A stretch of DNA of 64,000 bases from Candidatus Marinacidobacterales bacterium. GTDB lineage: Bacteria > Acidobacteriota > Vicinamibacteria > Marinacidobacterales > DATDRI01. Numbering within the stretch: position 1 is the first letter of the stretch; each line of letters opens with the position of its first letter. The DNA is taken from positions 224,001 through 288,000 of the forward strand of contig OZ244742.1 in the NCBI GenBank assembly GCA_965219415.1, in the 5' to 3' direction. Of the stretch, positions 1-10,971 are shown piece by piece. The notes below the pieces were generated by a model. It made no database searches. It saw nothing but the letters and a program-made list of their open reading frames with translations, and was not told where the DNA came from. A program made the translations under genes and the position numbers.

Positions 1-104
1 TCGGGATGTACACCGTGGCCGCCCTGGCCCTCGGCGCCGTCCGCCGAGGTGACCTCTCGGTTTTACTCGATGTAGACTAGAAGAGCTTTTCACAGGAGGC
101 CTCG

Positions 105-1778
105 ATGCCCCGACTTTATCTCTTTCTTATCCTTTTTAGCTTGTCGTGTTCTTCGGCCCCGACGGAGAGATTCGACCTCATTATCCGCAACGGCATGATC
201 TACGACGGTAGCGGCTCCGCTTCCTACCGGGGAGACGTCGCGATCCACGGAGATCGGATTGCCGCCATCGGTGATTTGAGTCGGGCTCGGGGAGATACGG
301 AAGTCGACGCCGAGGGTCTCGCAGTGGCCCCAGGGTTTATCAATATGTTGAGTTGGGCGGTGGGGAGCCTAATCGAAGACGGTCGCTCGCAAGGCGATAT
401 CCGACAAGGAGTGACCCTCGAGGTTTTCGGTGAAGGCATCTCCTACGGCCCGGTCAACGAACGCGTCGAGGAGGCCCTTCTGCAATCCCAAGTCGACGTC
501 AGGTTCGACATCGAGTGGACGACGCTCGGAGAATATCTCGACTATCTCGTTCGCCGAGGCATCTCCCCTAACGTGGCCTCGTTCGTGGGTGCCACCACCC
601 TCCGCATTCACGAGATTGGATTCGAGGACCGTCCTCCGACTCCTCAAGAAATGGCTCGCATGCAGCAACTCGTGCGGCAGGCGATGGAGGAGGGTGCACT
701 CGGAGTCGGCTCCTCTTTGATATACGCACCCGCCTTCTACGCCCAAACTGACGAGTTGATCGAGCTCTGCAAGGCCGCCTCCCCGTATGGCGGAATGTAC
801 ATCTCACACATGCGAAGTGAGGGTAGAAGGTTTCTCGATGCGGTAGACGAGCTGATTACCATCGCGCGGGACGCCAACCTCCCGGCCGAGATCTACCATT
901 TAAAAGCTGGGGGCGAGCCCAACTGGCCCTTGCTCGAGCAGGCCATCGCGAAGGTGGAAGCCGCTCGGGCGGAAGGCTTGCGCATTACCGCCGACATGTA
1001 CACCTACACTGCCGGATCCACCGGGCTTAACGCCACGATGCCGCCTTGGGTGCAAGAAGGTGGGTACGAGGCTTGGGTCGGGCGCCTCAAGGATCCTGCG
1101 ACCCGGGCGCGCGTCCGCAAAGAAATGACCACTCCGACCGACGAATGGGAAAACTTCAACCTAGCCGCCGGCCCAGAGGGCACACTCCTTGTGGGATTCA
1201 AGAATGACGAACTGAAACCCCTCACCGGGAAGACGCTAGCCGAAGTCGCGAAGATGCGCGGCACCAGTCCCGAAGACACCGCAATGGACTTGGTCATCGA
1301 AGACGGAAGCCGCGTGCAAGCGGTCTACTTCTTGATGTCCGAAGATAACGTCCGAAAACAAATCGCGTTACCTTGGGTTAGCTTCGGCTCGGACGCGGGC
1401 TCGATGGCCACCGAAGGCGTGTTCTTGAAATCCAGCACCCACCCGCGGGCCTACGGGAACTTCGCGCGGCTTCTCGGGAAGTACGTGCGGGACGAAGAGA
1501 TCATTTCACTCGAAGAGACCATCCGGCGTCTGACGACCTTGCCCGCCGAGAATCTCCGGATCAAGGACCGGGGCTCCCTCCAACCGGGGTATCTCGCAGA
1601 CGTCGTTGTCTTCGATCCCGAGGACGTACAGGATCACGCCACGTACGAGAATCCCCATCAGTACTCGACCGGCGTAGTCCACGTTTGGGTCAACGGGACT
1701 CAGGTGCTCGAAGACGGCGAACATACGGGTGCAACGCCCGGTCGTGTCGTCCGCGGCCCCGGCTGGAAGAAGACTTAA
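105..1778 (+). CDS. N-acyl-D-amino-acid deacylase (D-aminoacylase) family amidohydrolase, lipoprotein
   Basis: Lipobox-like SLSC, DLIIRNG/APGFI, ISHMRSEG, GSDAG, HPRAYG and ADVVVFDP motifs. Confidence 0.9.
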   Translation: MPRLYLFLILFSLSCSSAPTERFDLIIRNGMIYDGSGSASYRGDVAIHGDRIAAIGDLSRARGDTEVDAEGLAVAPGFINMLSWAVGSLIEDGRSQGDIRQGVTLEVFGEGISYGPVNERVEEALLQSQVDVRFDIEWTTLGEYLDYLVRRGISPNVASFVGATTLRIHEIGFEDRPPTPQEMARMQQLVRQAMEEGALGVGSSLIYAPAFYAQTDELIELCKAASPYGGMYISHMRSEGRRFLDAVDELITIARDANLPAEIYHLKAGGEPNWPLLEQAIAKVEAARAEGLRITADMYTYTAGSTGLNATMPPWVQEGGYEAWVGRLKDPATRARVRKEMTTPTDEWENFNLAAGPEGTLLVGFKNDELKPLTGKTLAEVAKMRGTSPEDTAMDLVIEDGSRVQAVYFLMSEDNVRKQIALPWVSFGSDAGSMATEGVFLKSSTHPRAYGNFARLLGKYVRDEEIISLEETIRRLTTLPAENLRIKDRGSLQPGYLADVVVFDPEDVQDHATYENPHQYSTGVVHVWVNGTQVLEDGEHTGATPGRVVRGPGWKKT

Positions 1779-1793
1779 GCTCGTGCCCAAAAA

Positions 1794-1836
1794 TGGATCC
1801 GACCCCTGTAAAAAAACAGTGCAGGGGTCGGATCCA
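1794..1836. repeat. Perfect 15-bp inverted repeat (terminator or REP-like hairpin)
   Basis: TGGATCCGACCCCTG (1794-1808) / CAGGGGTCGGATCCA (1822-1836), 15 nt after the stop codon. Confidence 0.75.
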
Positions 1837-1880
1837 ATAATGTCGCACAGTGTGAAACCAGCGCGATTACGGAGGTTTGA

Positions 1881-3944
1881 ATGCGTCGCTCGATTCTCTC
1901 GCTAGCGGTTGTAGTTTCCTCGTTCGGTTTTGTTGGGAGTGCGATGGCGGAGACTCATCCGTTTTCCATCCACGACATGCTCGCCATGGAGCGGATCTCC
2001 GACCCGCAGGTCTCGCCGGACGGCAAGCGGATCGTTTTCGCGCTGCGCACCACGGACCTCGAAGCGAATCGAGGACGAACGGATCTTTGGCTGGTCGGTA
2101 TCGACGGAAGTGGCTTGAAGCGACTGACCACCCACCCTGCGAGCGATTTCAATGCGCGCTGGTCACCGGGCGGGCAGAGCATTTGGTTTCTCTCGACCCG
2201 CTCCGGCTCGTCGCAGGTTTGGCACATTCGAGCCAACGGCGGAGAATCTCAGCAGGCATCCGATCTCCCTCTCGACGTGAGCAACCTCGTCGTTTCTCCA
2301 GACGGCTCGCGACTCGCCTTTACGATGAAGGTCTTCCCCGACTGTCCCGATCTCGCTTGTACGACCGAAAGACTCGAGGAACGCGCCAGCAGCAACGTCG
2401 GCGGGCGCATCTACGACAGTCTTTTCATCCGACATTGGGATACCTGGAAGGATGGCCGTCGGGCGCATTTGTTCGTTATGCCCGCGGACGGTGGCGAGCC
2501 GGTGGATACGACGTCCGGCATCGACGCCGACACGCCTTCGAAGCCGTTCGGTGGTCCAGAGGAAATTGCATTCACTCCCGACAGCCAGTCGTTGGTTTTT
2601 ACAGCCCGCGATGTCGGCCGCGAAGAAGCGTGGTCCACGAACTTCGATCTGTACGAAGTGTCGATCGACGATTCGTCGGCTCGGCGTAATCTGACCGAAT
2701 CGAACCGAGCGTGGGACACCCAACCGGCGTTTTCTCCGGACGGAAAGACGCTCGCCTACCTCGCCATGTCCAAGGTGGGCTACGAGGCGGATCGGTTTCG
2801 CATCATCCTTCGCTCCTGGCCGGGGGGTGAGACGAGAAACCTCGCCGAAGATTGGGACCGTTCCCCCAGAGAGTTCACTTGGTCCTCGGACGGCCGTACG
2901 ATTTACACCACCGCGGCGAATTTAGGTCAGGTGTCTCTCTTTGCGATCGATGTCATGACGGGCGAAGCGCGGACCGTCGTCAAGGACGGGACCATCCGCT
3001 CTCCCACTATGGCCGGTAACCGCATCGTGTACGGCCGTGATCACCTACGCTCTCCCGTGGAGCTCTACTCGGTGGGCCCCGGTGGCGCCGACGTTTTCGA
3101 GATCACGCGCCTAAACCACGAACGGGTTGCGGCAGCTCGTATGGGAGAGGCGGAGCAGTTCACGTTTCAGGGTTGGAACGACGAGACCGTGTACGCCTAC
3201 GTCGTCAAGCCCGCGGACTTCGACGCGACGAAAAAGTATCCCGTTGCGTTCCTAATCCACGGCGGTCCCCAAGGTTCGTTCGGCAACGATTTCCACTATC
3301 GATGGAATCCTCAAGCGTATGCGGGCGCCGGATACGCGGCGGTGATGGTCGACTTCCACGGTTCGGTTGGCTATGGCTAGGCTTTCACCGACTCTATCCG
3401 AGGGGACTGGGGAGGCAAGCCGTTGATGGATCTCGTTAAAGGACTCGCTGCAGCGGTCGAGCGCTACCCTTGGTTGGACGGCGAGCGGGTTGCGGGGCTC
3501 GGAGGTTCTTTCGGCGGCTACATGGTGAATTGGATCGCCGGCAGGTGGCCCACCCGGTTTCGGTGTCTGGTCAATCACGACGGCAACATCGACGAACGGA
3601 TGGCCTACCTCGCCACCGAGGAGCTCTGGTTCCCCGAATGGGAGCACCTCGGAACGCCCTGGGACAATCCAGACGGTTACCGCAACCACAATCCGATCAA
3701 CTTCATTCAGAACTGGCGCACGCCCATGTTGGTAATCCACGGCGCGGATGACTTTCGAGTCGTCGAAACCCAAGGAATCGCAACCTTCACCGCGCTCCAA
3801 CGAAGAAACGTACCCAGCAAGCTCCTCTACTTCCCCGACGAGAATCACTGGATACTGAAGCCCGCGAATTCCATTCTCTGGTACGACACCGTCCTCGGTT
3901 GGCTCAATCAATGGCTCCGAAACGGCCACTCCTTTGGTCATTGA
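1881..3944 (+). pseudogene. S9 family peptidase (dipeptidyl-peptidase 5-like) with in-frame TAG at 3378-3380
   Basis: Signal peptide, PD40 propeller repeats, HGGP, GYG*AFTDSIRGDWGG, GGSFGG nucleophile, D..V and ENHW; both ORF halves are in the same frame. Confidence 0.85.
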
Positions 3945-3948
3945 CACG

Positions 3949-5241
3949 ATGTCCTCCGCGGCTCCGCTCCCCGCGAGCGAGCTCATCCGAGCCGTCTCGG
4001 ATATTCGTGCCTGCACGCTCGACCTGGTCTCGGACCTGAGCGATGAGGAGTTGCTGGGGCCTCGCCTCGCCATCGTCAACCCGCCGCTTTGGGAAATGGG
4101 TCACGTGGGCTGGTTTCAGGAAAGATGGGTCCTTCGTCACTGGAGTCAACAGAAGCCTTTTCTCAAGAACGGCGACACCCTTTACGACTCCGCCGCCGTC
4201 GATCACGACGTTCGCTGGGATCTCAGGCTGCCCGGGCGCCAAGCGACTCTTGACTACCTCGAGCAGATCCGAGAGCGTGTGACGGAGAGGCTGAAGGATG
4301 AACCCGGGCCGGAGGGTACCTATTTCGTCCTCTTGAGTGTCCTTCATGAGTGCATGCACGCCGAGGCATTCACCTACACTCGGCAAACACACTCTTATTG
4401 TTACCCGCCGTTTCGCGAGCCCTCCGAGCCCGGCCCCACCGACGCTCCCGAGAGCATTCTTGGTGACGCCCACATTCCCGGCGGTAGTTTCGAGCTGGGG
4501 GCGAGTCGCGACCTGCCCTTCGTCTTCGACAACGAAAAGTGGGCACATCAGGTCGAGGTCAAGCGCTTCTCGATGGCCAAAACACCCGTCACGCAGGGAG
4601 AGTTCACCGCTTTCGTTGAAGACGATGGATACCGGCGGCGAGACCTTTGGAGCTCAGAAGGGTGGGCCTGGAAAGAAGGGGCCGGTGCCAAACATCCGGT
4701 CTACTGGAGGAATGCAGGTGCGGGCACTTGGCTGCGACGTCATTTCGACGAATGGGTTTCCCTCGAGCCACGCCTACCGGTCACACACGTCAACTGGTTC
4801 GAGGCCGATGCTTTCTGTCGATGGGCAGGCCGCCGACTACCCACCGAAATGGAATGGGAGTTTGCAGCCTCTCAGGGGTCGGACCGTGGCAAACGGAAAT
4901 ATCCCTGGGGCGATGAAGCCCCCACACCGGATCGAGCAAACCTGAACTGGGCGGCGCGGGGCTGCGTGACGGTCGACTCCCTGCCGGCGGGAGACAGCGC
5001 GTTCGGCTGTCGGCAAATGGTCGGCAACATCTGGGAGTGGACGAGCACCGATTTCACAGCGTATCCAGAGTTCACCCCAGATCCTTACAAGGAGTATTCC
5101 CAGCCGTGGTTTCATGATCACAAAGTGCTACGGGGTGGTTGCTGGACCACGCGGTCTCTTCTAATTCGAAACACCTGGAGAAACTTCTACCAGCCCCATC
5201 GCCGGGACGTCTTTGGAGGCTTCCGCACCTGCGCTATGTGA
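3949..5241 (+). CDS. senA: Selenoneine synthase SenA (EgtB-like DinB plus FGE-sulfatase domains)
   Basis: NPPLWEMGHVGWFQERW, HECMHAEA metal motif, RLPTEMEWE, GNIWEW, RNFY..RRDVFGGFRTC; directly upstream of a SenB-type glycosyltransferase. Confidence 0.85.
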   Translation: MSSAAPLPASELIRAVSDIRACTLDLVSDLSDEELLGPRLAIVNPPLWEMGHVGWFQERWVLRHWSQQKPFLKNGDTLYDSAAVDHDVRWDLRLPGRQATLDYLEQIRERVTERLKDEPGPEGTYFVLLSVLHECMHAEAFTYTRQTHSYCYPPFREPSEPGPTDAPESILGDAHIPGGSFELGASRDLPFVFDNEKWAHQVEVKRFSMAKTPVTQGEFTAFVEDDGYRRRDLWSSEGWAWKEGAGAKHPVYWRNAGAGTWLRRHFDEWVSLEPRLPVTHVNWFEADAFCRWAGRRLPTEMEWEFAASQGSDRGKRKYPWGDEAPTPDRANLNWAARGCVTVDSLPAGDSAFGCRQMVGNIWEWTSTDFTAYPEFTPDPYKEYSQPWFHDHKVLRGGCWTTRSLLIRNTWRNFYQPHRRDVFGGFRTCAM

Positions 5242-5251
5242 GCGCCTCCGT

Positions 5252-6199
5252 ATGGAAGTCGCCCTCGTCACTCCCGCTTCGCCGGATGCCCTCCTCGGAA
5301 ACGCGGTCACCGCCACTCGCTGGGCGGAGCTCCTCGTCGAGTTAGGGCATTCGGTCGAGATCACGACGACGTACGGAGGAACCACCCAGGACCTTCTGAT
5401 CGCAATTCACGCCCGCCGTAGCGCACCAGCCATCGTGAGATTTCGAGAGCACTACCCAGATAAACCAATCATCGTCGGACTAGCCGGAACGGACGTCTAC
5501 CGCGACATCAAAGACTCCAACGCCGCACAACAGTCCCTCGAGATCGCCGACCGTCTGGTGGTGCTTCAGCCCAAAGCCGTGGAGGAGCTTCCGTCACGCC
5601 TGCACGGCAAGATCCGAGTGATTTTTCAATCCGCAGCGGCGCCGCTTCAGGCCCACCCGAAGCCAAAGGACGTCTTTCAGATCTGTGTCCTCGCGCACCT
5701 ACGCGAGGTGAAGGACCCACTGCGCACGGCATACGCCGCGCGCCTTCTTCCCGCCACGTCCCGCATCCGAGTCCTTCACGCCGGCCAGGCCCTGAGCGAC
5801 GTCGCGGCGCAAGAGGCGCGAGAAGAAGATAAACAAAACGTGCGCTATCGCTGGCTCGAAGGGCTACCCCGCCAAGAGTCAGAGACGCTTCTCAGCGGAA
5901 GCCACCTCTTTGTCATCTCTTCCCTGCTGGAAGGCGGCGCCAATGTAGTCTCCGAGTCCATCGCCGCCTCGGTTCCGATCCTCGCCAGCCGAATCTCGGG
6001 CAATGTCGGCATTCTTGGGGACGACTATCCAGGCTATTTTGAAGCGGGAAACACCGAGGGGCTCGCGACGCTACTCGGGCGAGCCGAGATCGACGACTTG
6101 TTCCTTCAAGCGATTCATCGTGCCGGTCAACGGCTGATGCACTTAGTCGACCGGACACGGGAAAGAAAAGCCTGGCAGGAATTACTGGCAGAGGTGTAA
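5252..6199 (+). CDS. senB: Selenosugar synthase SenB (TIGR04348-type glycosyltransferase)
   Basis: VTP..GNAVTATRW, HARRSA, GTDVYRD, HLREVKDP, EGGANVVSE, GNVGILGDDYPGYF match the SenB family pattern; ATG at 5252. Confidence 0.85.
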   Translation: MEVALVTPASPDALLGNAVTATRWAELLVELGHSVEITTTYGGTTQDLLIAIHARRSAPAIVRFREHYPDKPIIVGLAGTDVYRDIKDSNAAQQSLEIADRLVVLQPKAVEELPSRLHGKIRVIFQSAAAPLQAHPKPKDVFQICVLAHLREVKDPLRTAYAARLLPATSRIRVLHAGQALSDVAAQEAREEDKQNVRYRWLEGLPRQESETLLSGSHLFVISSLLEGGANVVSESIAASVPILASRISGNVGILGDDYPGYFEAGNTEGLATLLGRAEIDDLFLQAIHRAGQRLMHLVDRTRERKAWQELLAEV

Positions 6200-6208
6200 G
6201 CCGCTTTC

Positions 6209-6238
6209 TTGCTTTTATCCCCTCTGTCTTGCTATATT
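6209..6238 (+). promoter_or_regulatory. Putative sigma70 promoter for the glycosyltransferase operon
   Basis: TTGCTT-N18-TATATT with extended -10 TG. Confidence 0.45.
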
Positions 6239-6315
6239 TCACTACGATTTAGCGCCATCCGCTGCTGTTTGGACCCTTGGCCCTCAAAAGCTTGCCTCCG
6301 CGATAGCTCGATCCG

Positions 6316-7485
6316 ATGAAGATCGCCCTCGACGCCAGAAAGATCAACGATTTCGGCATCGGCACATACATCCGCAACCTGATCAAGCACCTGCCGAGCC
6401 TGGATCAGGAGACGGAGTATTTTCTCCTGTGCTACCCGCGGGACGAGGAGTTGGTCCGCTCTCTCAACCCTCACTTCACTCCCGTCCGGGTCAGTGCCCC
6501 CAACTACTCGGTCCGCGAGCACATCGGCATTCCAGCCACCTTGCGACGCCTGCGCGTCGATCTGTTCCACACGCCACACTACGTTCTGCCGCTTCTGACT
6601 CCGTGCCGATCGGTCGTGACGATCCACGACGTGATCCATTTGCTTTTCCCTCAGTATCTGCCGTCAAGTCTGGCCAGTCACTATGCACGTTACATGATTC
6701 GGCGAGCCCTCGAGAAGGCCGAGCTCGTGTTGACGGTCTCCGACTCGTCGAAAAGAGACCTGCTGACTTTTTTCGAGGTGCGCCCGGACAAGGTCGTGGT
6801 CATCCCCAATGGATTGGACAGCGCTATTACCGAAGGACTCTCCGTTGAAGAGCTCGCTCAGGTGAAGGAAAGGTTTCAGATCTTCGGGAGAACCGTCCTC
6901 TTTGTTGGCAACATCAAACCGCACAAGAACGTCGAGAGGTTGATCGCCGCGTTCGCCAAGGTCCGGGAAGATCCCGAGTACTCGGACCTGACACTCATCG
7001 TGGTAGGTGACGACATCTCCAAGTACCCCTCCCTCCGGCGGACGGTAGAAAAACATCAGGTTCGGCGTAACGTTCGTTTCTTCGGCTTCGTTCCCGAGCC
7101 GACCCTAGTGGCGCTGTATAAAATCGCCGACGTTTTCGCCTTTCCCTCTCTCTACGAAGGCTTCGGACTCCCTCCACTAGAAGCGATGGCGAACGGAACT
7201 CCAGTGGTCACATCGAACATTTCTTCGCTACCCGAGGTCGTTGGCAATGCAGCGCTCACCGTCGATCCTTACAACATCGATCAGATCGCAAAGGCAATCC
7301 ACGAGATACTTAGCGACCCTACGTTGCGCAACCGGCTCATCGCCGATGGCTACGAACGCGCGAAGCAATTTTCCTGGGAAGGCTCGGCGGCACAAGTCCA
7401 TCGAGCATACCGGAAAGCTTTGGGATTCAGCGGCACTCCGGCCGCAGAGGCACAGACCGCACATGCGGGTCGCTCTGATTCATGA
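6316..7485 (+). CDS. GT4 family glycosyltransferase
   Basis: [34 protein letters not shown]. Confidence 0.9.
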   Translation: MKIALDARKINDFGIGTYIRNLIKHLPSLDQETEYFLLCYPRDEELVRSLNPHFTPVRVSAPNYSVREHIGIPATLRRLRVDLFHTPHYVLPLLTPCRSVVTIHDVIHLLFPQYLPSSLASHYARYMIRRALEKAELVLTVSDSSKRDLLTFFEVRPDKVVVIPNGLDSAITEGLSVEELAQVKERFQIFGRTVLFVGNIKPHKNVERLIAAFAKVREDPEYSDLTLIVVGDDISKYPSLRRTVEKHQVRRNVRFFGFVPEPTLVALYKIADVFAFPSLYEGFGLPPLEAMANGTPVVTSNISSLPEVVGNAALTVDPYNIDQIAKAIHEILSDPTLRNRLIADGYERAKQFSWEGSAAQVHRAYRKALGFSGTPAAEAQTAHAGRSDS

Positions 7486-8548
7486 TTGGCTCACCGGACT
7501 CCGGGGCGGCGAAAAGGTCCTGGAGGTTCTCTGCGAGCTCTATCCAGACGCCACGCTTTTTACGATGGTGCACATCCCCGACTCGACGAGCCCGATCATC
7601 GAGTCCCATCCGATACGCACCGCCTTCACCCAAAAACTTCCCGCGGTAAAGAGCATCTATCGCTGGTATTTGCCCGTCTATCCCTGGGCGGTCGAGTCGC
7701 TCGACCTGTCGGGGTACGACCTCGTCCTCTCGAGCAGTCACTGCGTAGCCAAAGGCGTCGTGACGCCTCCGGATTCAACGCACATCTGCTACTGCCACAC
7801 ACCGATGCGTTACGTGTGGGATCGCTTCGGAGACTATTTCGGTGACGGCCTGAAAGCGCGCCTGGTCTATGGCCCAATCGCCCACTACCTCCGGAAATGG
7901 GACGTCGCATCTGCGGCGCGCGTACACCACTTCGTCGCCAACTCGAAGCACGTGGCGGGGCGCATCCAGAAGTACTACCGTCGAGAGGCGGAGGTCATTT
8001 ACCCGCCGGTCGACACGGAGGTCTACGTCCCGACCGAAGGTGCTCCCGAAGACTATTACCTGATCGTTTCGGCCCTGGTCCCCTACAAACGACTCGAGCT
8101 AGCCATCGACGCGTTCAACAAGAGGAGCGAGCCCCTCCTCATCGTCGGGACCGGACCACAGGAGAGGAAGCTCAAAGCACGAGCCGGCAGCAACATTCGC
8201 TTTCTGGGCGGCCGGTCCCAGCAGGAACTCCTCCCTCTCTACCAGCGGTGTCAGGCGGCGTTGTTGCCGGGGGTAGAGGATTTCGGCATCGTTCCGGTGG
8301 AAGCGCAAGCCTGCGGGCGCCCAGTGGTTGCCCTCGCAGAAGGTGGAGCACTCGAGTCGGTACGGGACGGGGAGACCGGGGTCTTCTTCTCCGAATCTTC
8401 GCCCGAGGCTCTATCCGACGCTATTGACAGGGTTTCTTCGCTGCGCTTTAATAGAATGGCTGTCAGGACTTGGGCGCTCGGCTTTTCTCGCCAGCGCTTC
8501 AAAGACCGCATCAAGGCATACATCGACCATAAGCTGACCCGGTCCTGA
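7463..8548 (+). CDS. GT4 family glycosyltransferase
   Basis: [42 protein letters not shown]; ATG at 7463. Confidence 0.9.
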   Translation: MRVALIHDWLTGLRGGEKVLEVLCELYPDATLFTMVHIPDSTSPIIESHPIRTAFTQKLPAVKSIYRWYLPVYPWAVESLDLSGYDLVLSSSHCVAKGVVTPPDSTHICYCHTPMRYVWDRFGDYFGDGLKARLVYGPIAHYLRKWDVASAARVHHFVANSKHVAGRIQKYYRREAEVIYPPVDTEVYVPTEGAPEDYYLIVSALVPYKRLELAIDAFNKRSEPLLIVGTGPQERKLKARAGSNIRFLGGRSQQELLPLYQRCQAALLPGVEDFGIVPVEAQACGRPVVALAEGGALESVRDGETGVFFSESSPEALSDAIDRVSSLRFNRMAVRTWALGFSRQRFKDRIKAYIDHKLTRS

Positions 8549-8570
8549 CAAGTTTGATGACCAATTAGAG

Positions 8571-10010
8571 ATGGTCAAACACCAGAGCCGATTCCAAACC
8601 GTCCTCTACGTTCTCGGCGACCTTATTGCTACCTATGTCGCTTTCTTCATCGCGTACTTCGTTCGTTTCAATTTCGAGATCGTTCAGGTCACGAAGGGAG
8701 TCAACCCCCTAAGTCAGTACACCCTCCTACTACCGCTCATCACCCTACTGTGGCCGCTCCTCTTCTATTTCCATGGTTTGTACAATCTTAGGCGACTGCG
8801 CTCCCGGATCGACGAGCTCTTTTCTATCGTGTGGGCGGTCGCCATGGGTACCGCCGCGACTTTGTTCGTGGCCTTGTATCTGCGCGTCTACTACTTCTAC
8901 GGGCCGCCGGAGATCTCCGGCCGCTATGAGTTTTCACAGCTGGTCCTTGGACTCTTCGTCGCTTTCGACATCGTCTTGCTCACGCTAACGCGCTCGCTGA
9001 TCCGTAAACACCGCGAGGCACGCTGGCGCCTGGGTGAGGGCCTTCGCAACATCCTGATCGCTGGCGCAGGAGAGCTAGGCCGGTCGGTGGCCGACAAGTT
9101 CATCGATCATCAAGAGCTTGGCTTTCGCGTGCTGGGGTTTGTTGATGATCACTTTCGTGGGGAGTTCGCTGGTCATCGAGGCCTCCCGATCGTAGGAACC
9201 ATCGATGACGTGGAGCAGGTCATCGGCGAGCGACAGGTTGACTCACTTTACATTGCTCTCCCCCTCGAAGAACACGAGAAGATCAGGAGCCTTATCGGAT
9301 TCGCTAGCCGGGAGGGGCTCGACGTCAAAGTGGCCTGGGACTACTTGACTCATGTGGCGCTGCGCGCAGGAGTCGAAGATCTCGATGGCATCCCGGTCAT
9401 TAGCCTCGCCGAAACGCCGATTCAAGGTTGGAACTGGGTTCAAAAAAGGTCCATCGACATTTGTATCTCCATGGTTCTGCTCGGCCTCGCTACGATACCC
9501 TTTGCGGTGATCGCGTTTCTGATCAAGCTCACGTCAAAGGGCCCGGTCTTCTACACCCAGGAGCGAATGGGACTCGACGGCAAGCCATTCACGATTTACA
9601 AATTCCGCTCCATGCACGAAGATGCGGAGAAGGAGACCGGTCCGGTCTGGGCCAACCCCGACGATCCGCGACGGACACCGCTCGGCAGTATCCTTCGGCG
9701 ACTCAGCATCGACGAGCTCCCGCAGCTCTACAATGTGCTTCGGGGTGATATGTCGTTGGTAGGACCTCGTCCAGAGCGGCCGCGATTCGTTTTAGAGTTC
9801 AAGGAGCGGGTTCCTCAGTACATGCTTCGTCACAAGGTCAAGTCGGGAATGACCGGTTGGGCCCAAGTGAATGGCTGGCGAGGCAACACGTCTATCGAGA
9901 AACGGATCGAGCACGATCTCTACTACATCGAGAACTGGACGCTTGGGCTGGACTTCAAAATTCTGTGGTTGACCTTCTGGAGGGTTTTCCTCCACCGGCA
10001 CGCCTACTGA
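8571..10010 (+). CDS. wcaJ: Undecaprenyl-phosphate glucose phosphotransferase (WcaJ-type priming transferase)
   Basis: N-terminal TM helices, [45 protein letters not shown]. Confidence 0.88.
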   Translation: MVKHQSRFQTVLYVLGDLIATYVAFFIAYFVRFNFEIVQVTKGVNPLSQYTLLLPLITLLWPLLFYFHGLYNLRRLRSRIDELFSIVWAVAMGTAATLFVALYLRVYYFYGPPEISGRYEFSQLVLGLFVAFDIVLLTLTRSLIRKHREARWRLGEGLRNILIAGAGELGRSVADKFIDHQELGFRVLGFVDDHFRGEFAGHRGLPIVGTIDDVEQVIGERQVDSLYIALPLEEHEKIRSLIGFASREGLDVKVAWDYLTHVALRAGVEDLDGIPVISLAETPIQGWNWVQKRSIDICISMVLLGLATIPFAVIAFLIKLTSKGPVFYTQERMGLDGKPFTIYKFRSMHEDAEKETGPVWANPDDPRRTPLGSILRRLSIDELPQLYNVLRGDMSLVGPRPERPRFVLEFKERVPQYMLRHKVKSGMTGWAQVNGWRGNTSIEKRIEHDLYYIENWTLGLDFKILWLTFWRVFLHRHAY

Positions 10011-10017
10011 GATCCTC

Positions 10018-10971
10018 TTGCCTGACAAGAATGACAAGCGTTTCCTAATCACCGGCGCAGCGGGCTTCATCGGCTCTCATCTCGTCGACTATTTGCTCGG
10101 CAAAGGCCATGCCGTCATCGGGATGGACAACTTCATCACCGGCAACCGGTCCAACTTGGCACACGTGGAAAGAGGGGCGTTCACCCTCATCGAGCACAAC
10201 GTCACGGAAGAGATCGAGATCGATGGGCCCCTCGACTACATCCTTCATTTTGCGAGCCCGGCGAGCCCCATCGACTACCTGGAGCTCCCGATCCAAACGC
10301 TCAAAGTTGGTTCTCTAGGAACCCACAAGACGCTCGGATTGGCACGAGCCAAAGGGGCAACTTATTTGCTCGCCTCCACCTCGGAGGTCTATGGCGACCC
10401 CTTGGTTCATCCCCAGACGGAGGATTACTGGGGAAACGTAAACCCTATCGGCCCGCGGGGGGTTTACGATGAAGCGAAGCGATTCGCCGAGGCGATGGCG
10501 GTCGCTTACCATCGATATCACGGCATCGACGTCAAGATCGCCCGGATCTTCAATACCTATGGCCCTCGCATGCGTGTAAAAGATGGACGGGCGATCCCCG
10601 CCTTCATCAGCCAAGCCCTTCAAGGCGAGCCGCTGACTGTGTTCGGCGAGGGGAACCAGACGAGGAGCTTTTGTTACGTGAGCGATCTCGTCGAAGGTCT
10701 CTATCGCCTACTCACCTCGGACTTCAATGAGCCGGTAAACCTGGGTAACCCGAGCGAGATGACCATTCTTCAGCTCGCGGAAACGATTCAACGGCTCGCT
10801 GGTGCCCCGGTGGGCATCGAGCTCAAACCATTGCCGGTCGACGATCCGAAAGTGCGTCAACCCGATGTCGCTCGAGCCCAAACGATCCTCAACTGGCAGC
10901 CCGGGGTGACACTCGAAGAAGGCCTAGCCCACACCCTCGAGTACTTCCGCAAAAAACTCGGACTCTCCTAA
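10018..10971 (+). CDS. UDP-glucuronate decarboxylase-like SDR
   Basis: [53 protein letters not shown]. Confidence 0.9.
   Translation: MPDKNDKRFLITGAAGFIGSHLVDYLLGKGHAVIGMDNFITGNRSNLAHVERGAFTLIEHNVTEEIEIDGPLDYILHFASPASPIDYLELPIQTLKVGSLGTHKTLGLARAKGATYLLASTSEVYGDPLVHPQTEDYWGNVNPIGPRGVYDEAKRFAEAMAVAYHRYHGIDVKIARIFNTYGPRMRVKDGRAIPAFISQALQGEPLTVFGEGNQTRSFCYVSDLVEGLYRLLTSDFNEPVNLGNPSEMTILQLAETIQRLAGAPVGIELKPLPVDDPKVRQPDVARAQTILNWQPGVTLEEGLAHTLEYFRKKLGLS

Noticed and set aside
3378-3380. Genome-wide TAG recoding or pyrrolysine
   Set aside because: aroC, def, bamD, the LysM gene, the phosphomutase and dnaJ all end at TAG at expected positions, and no pyl genes or suppressor tRNA are in the window
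3949-5241. Ordinary ergothioneine egtB
   Set aside because: Motifs are SenA-like, the neighbour is SenB-type, and egtD/egtC are not adjacent
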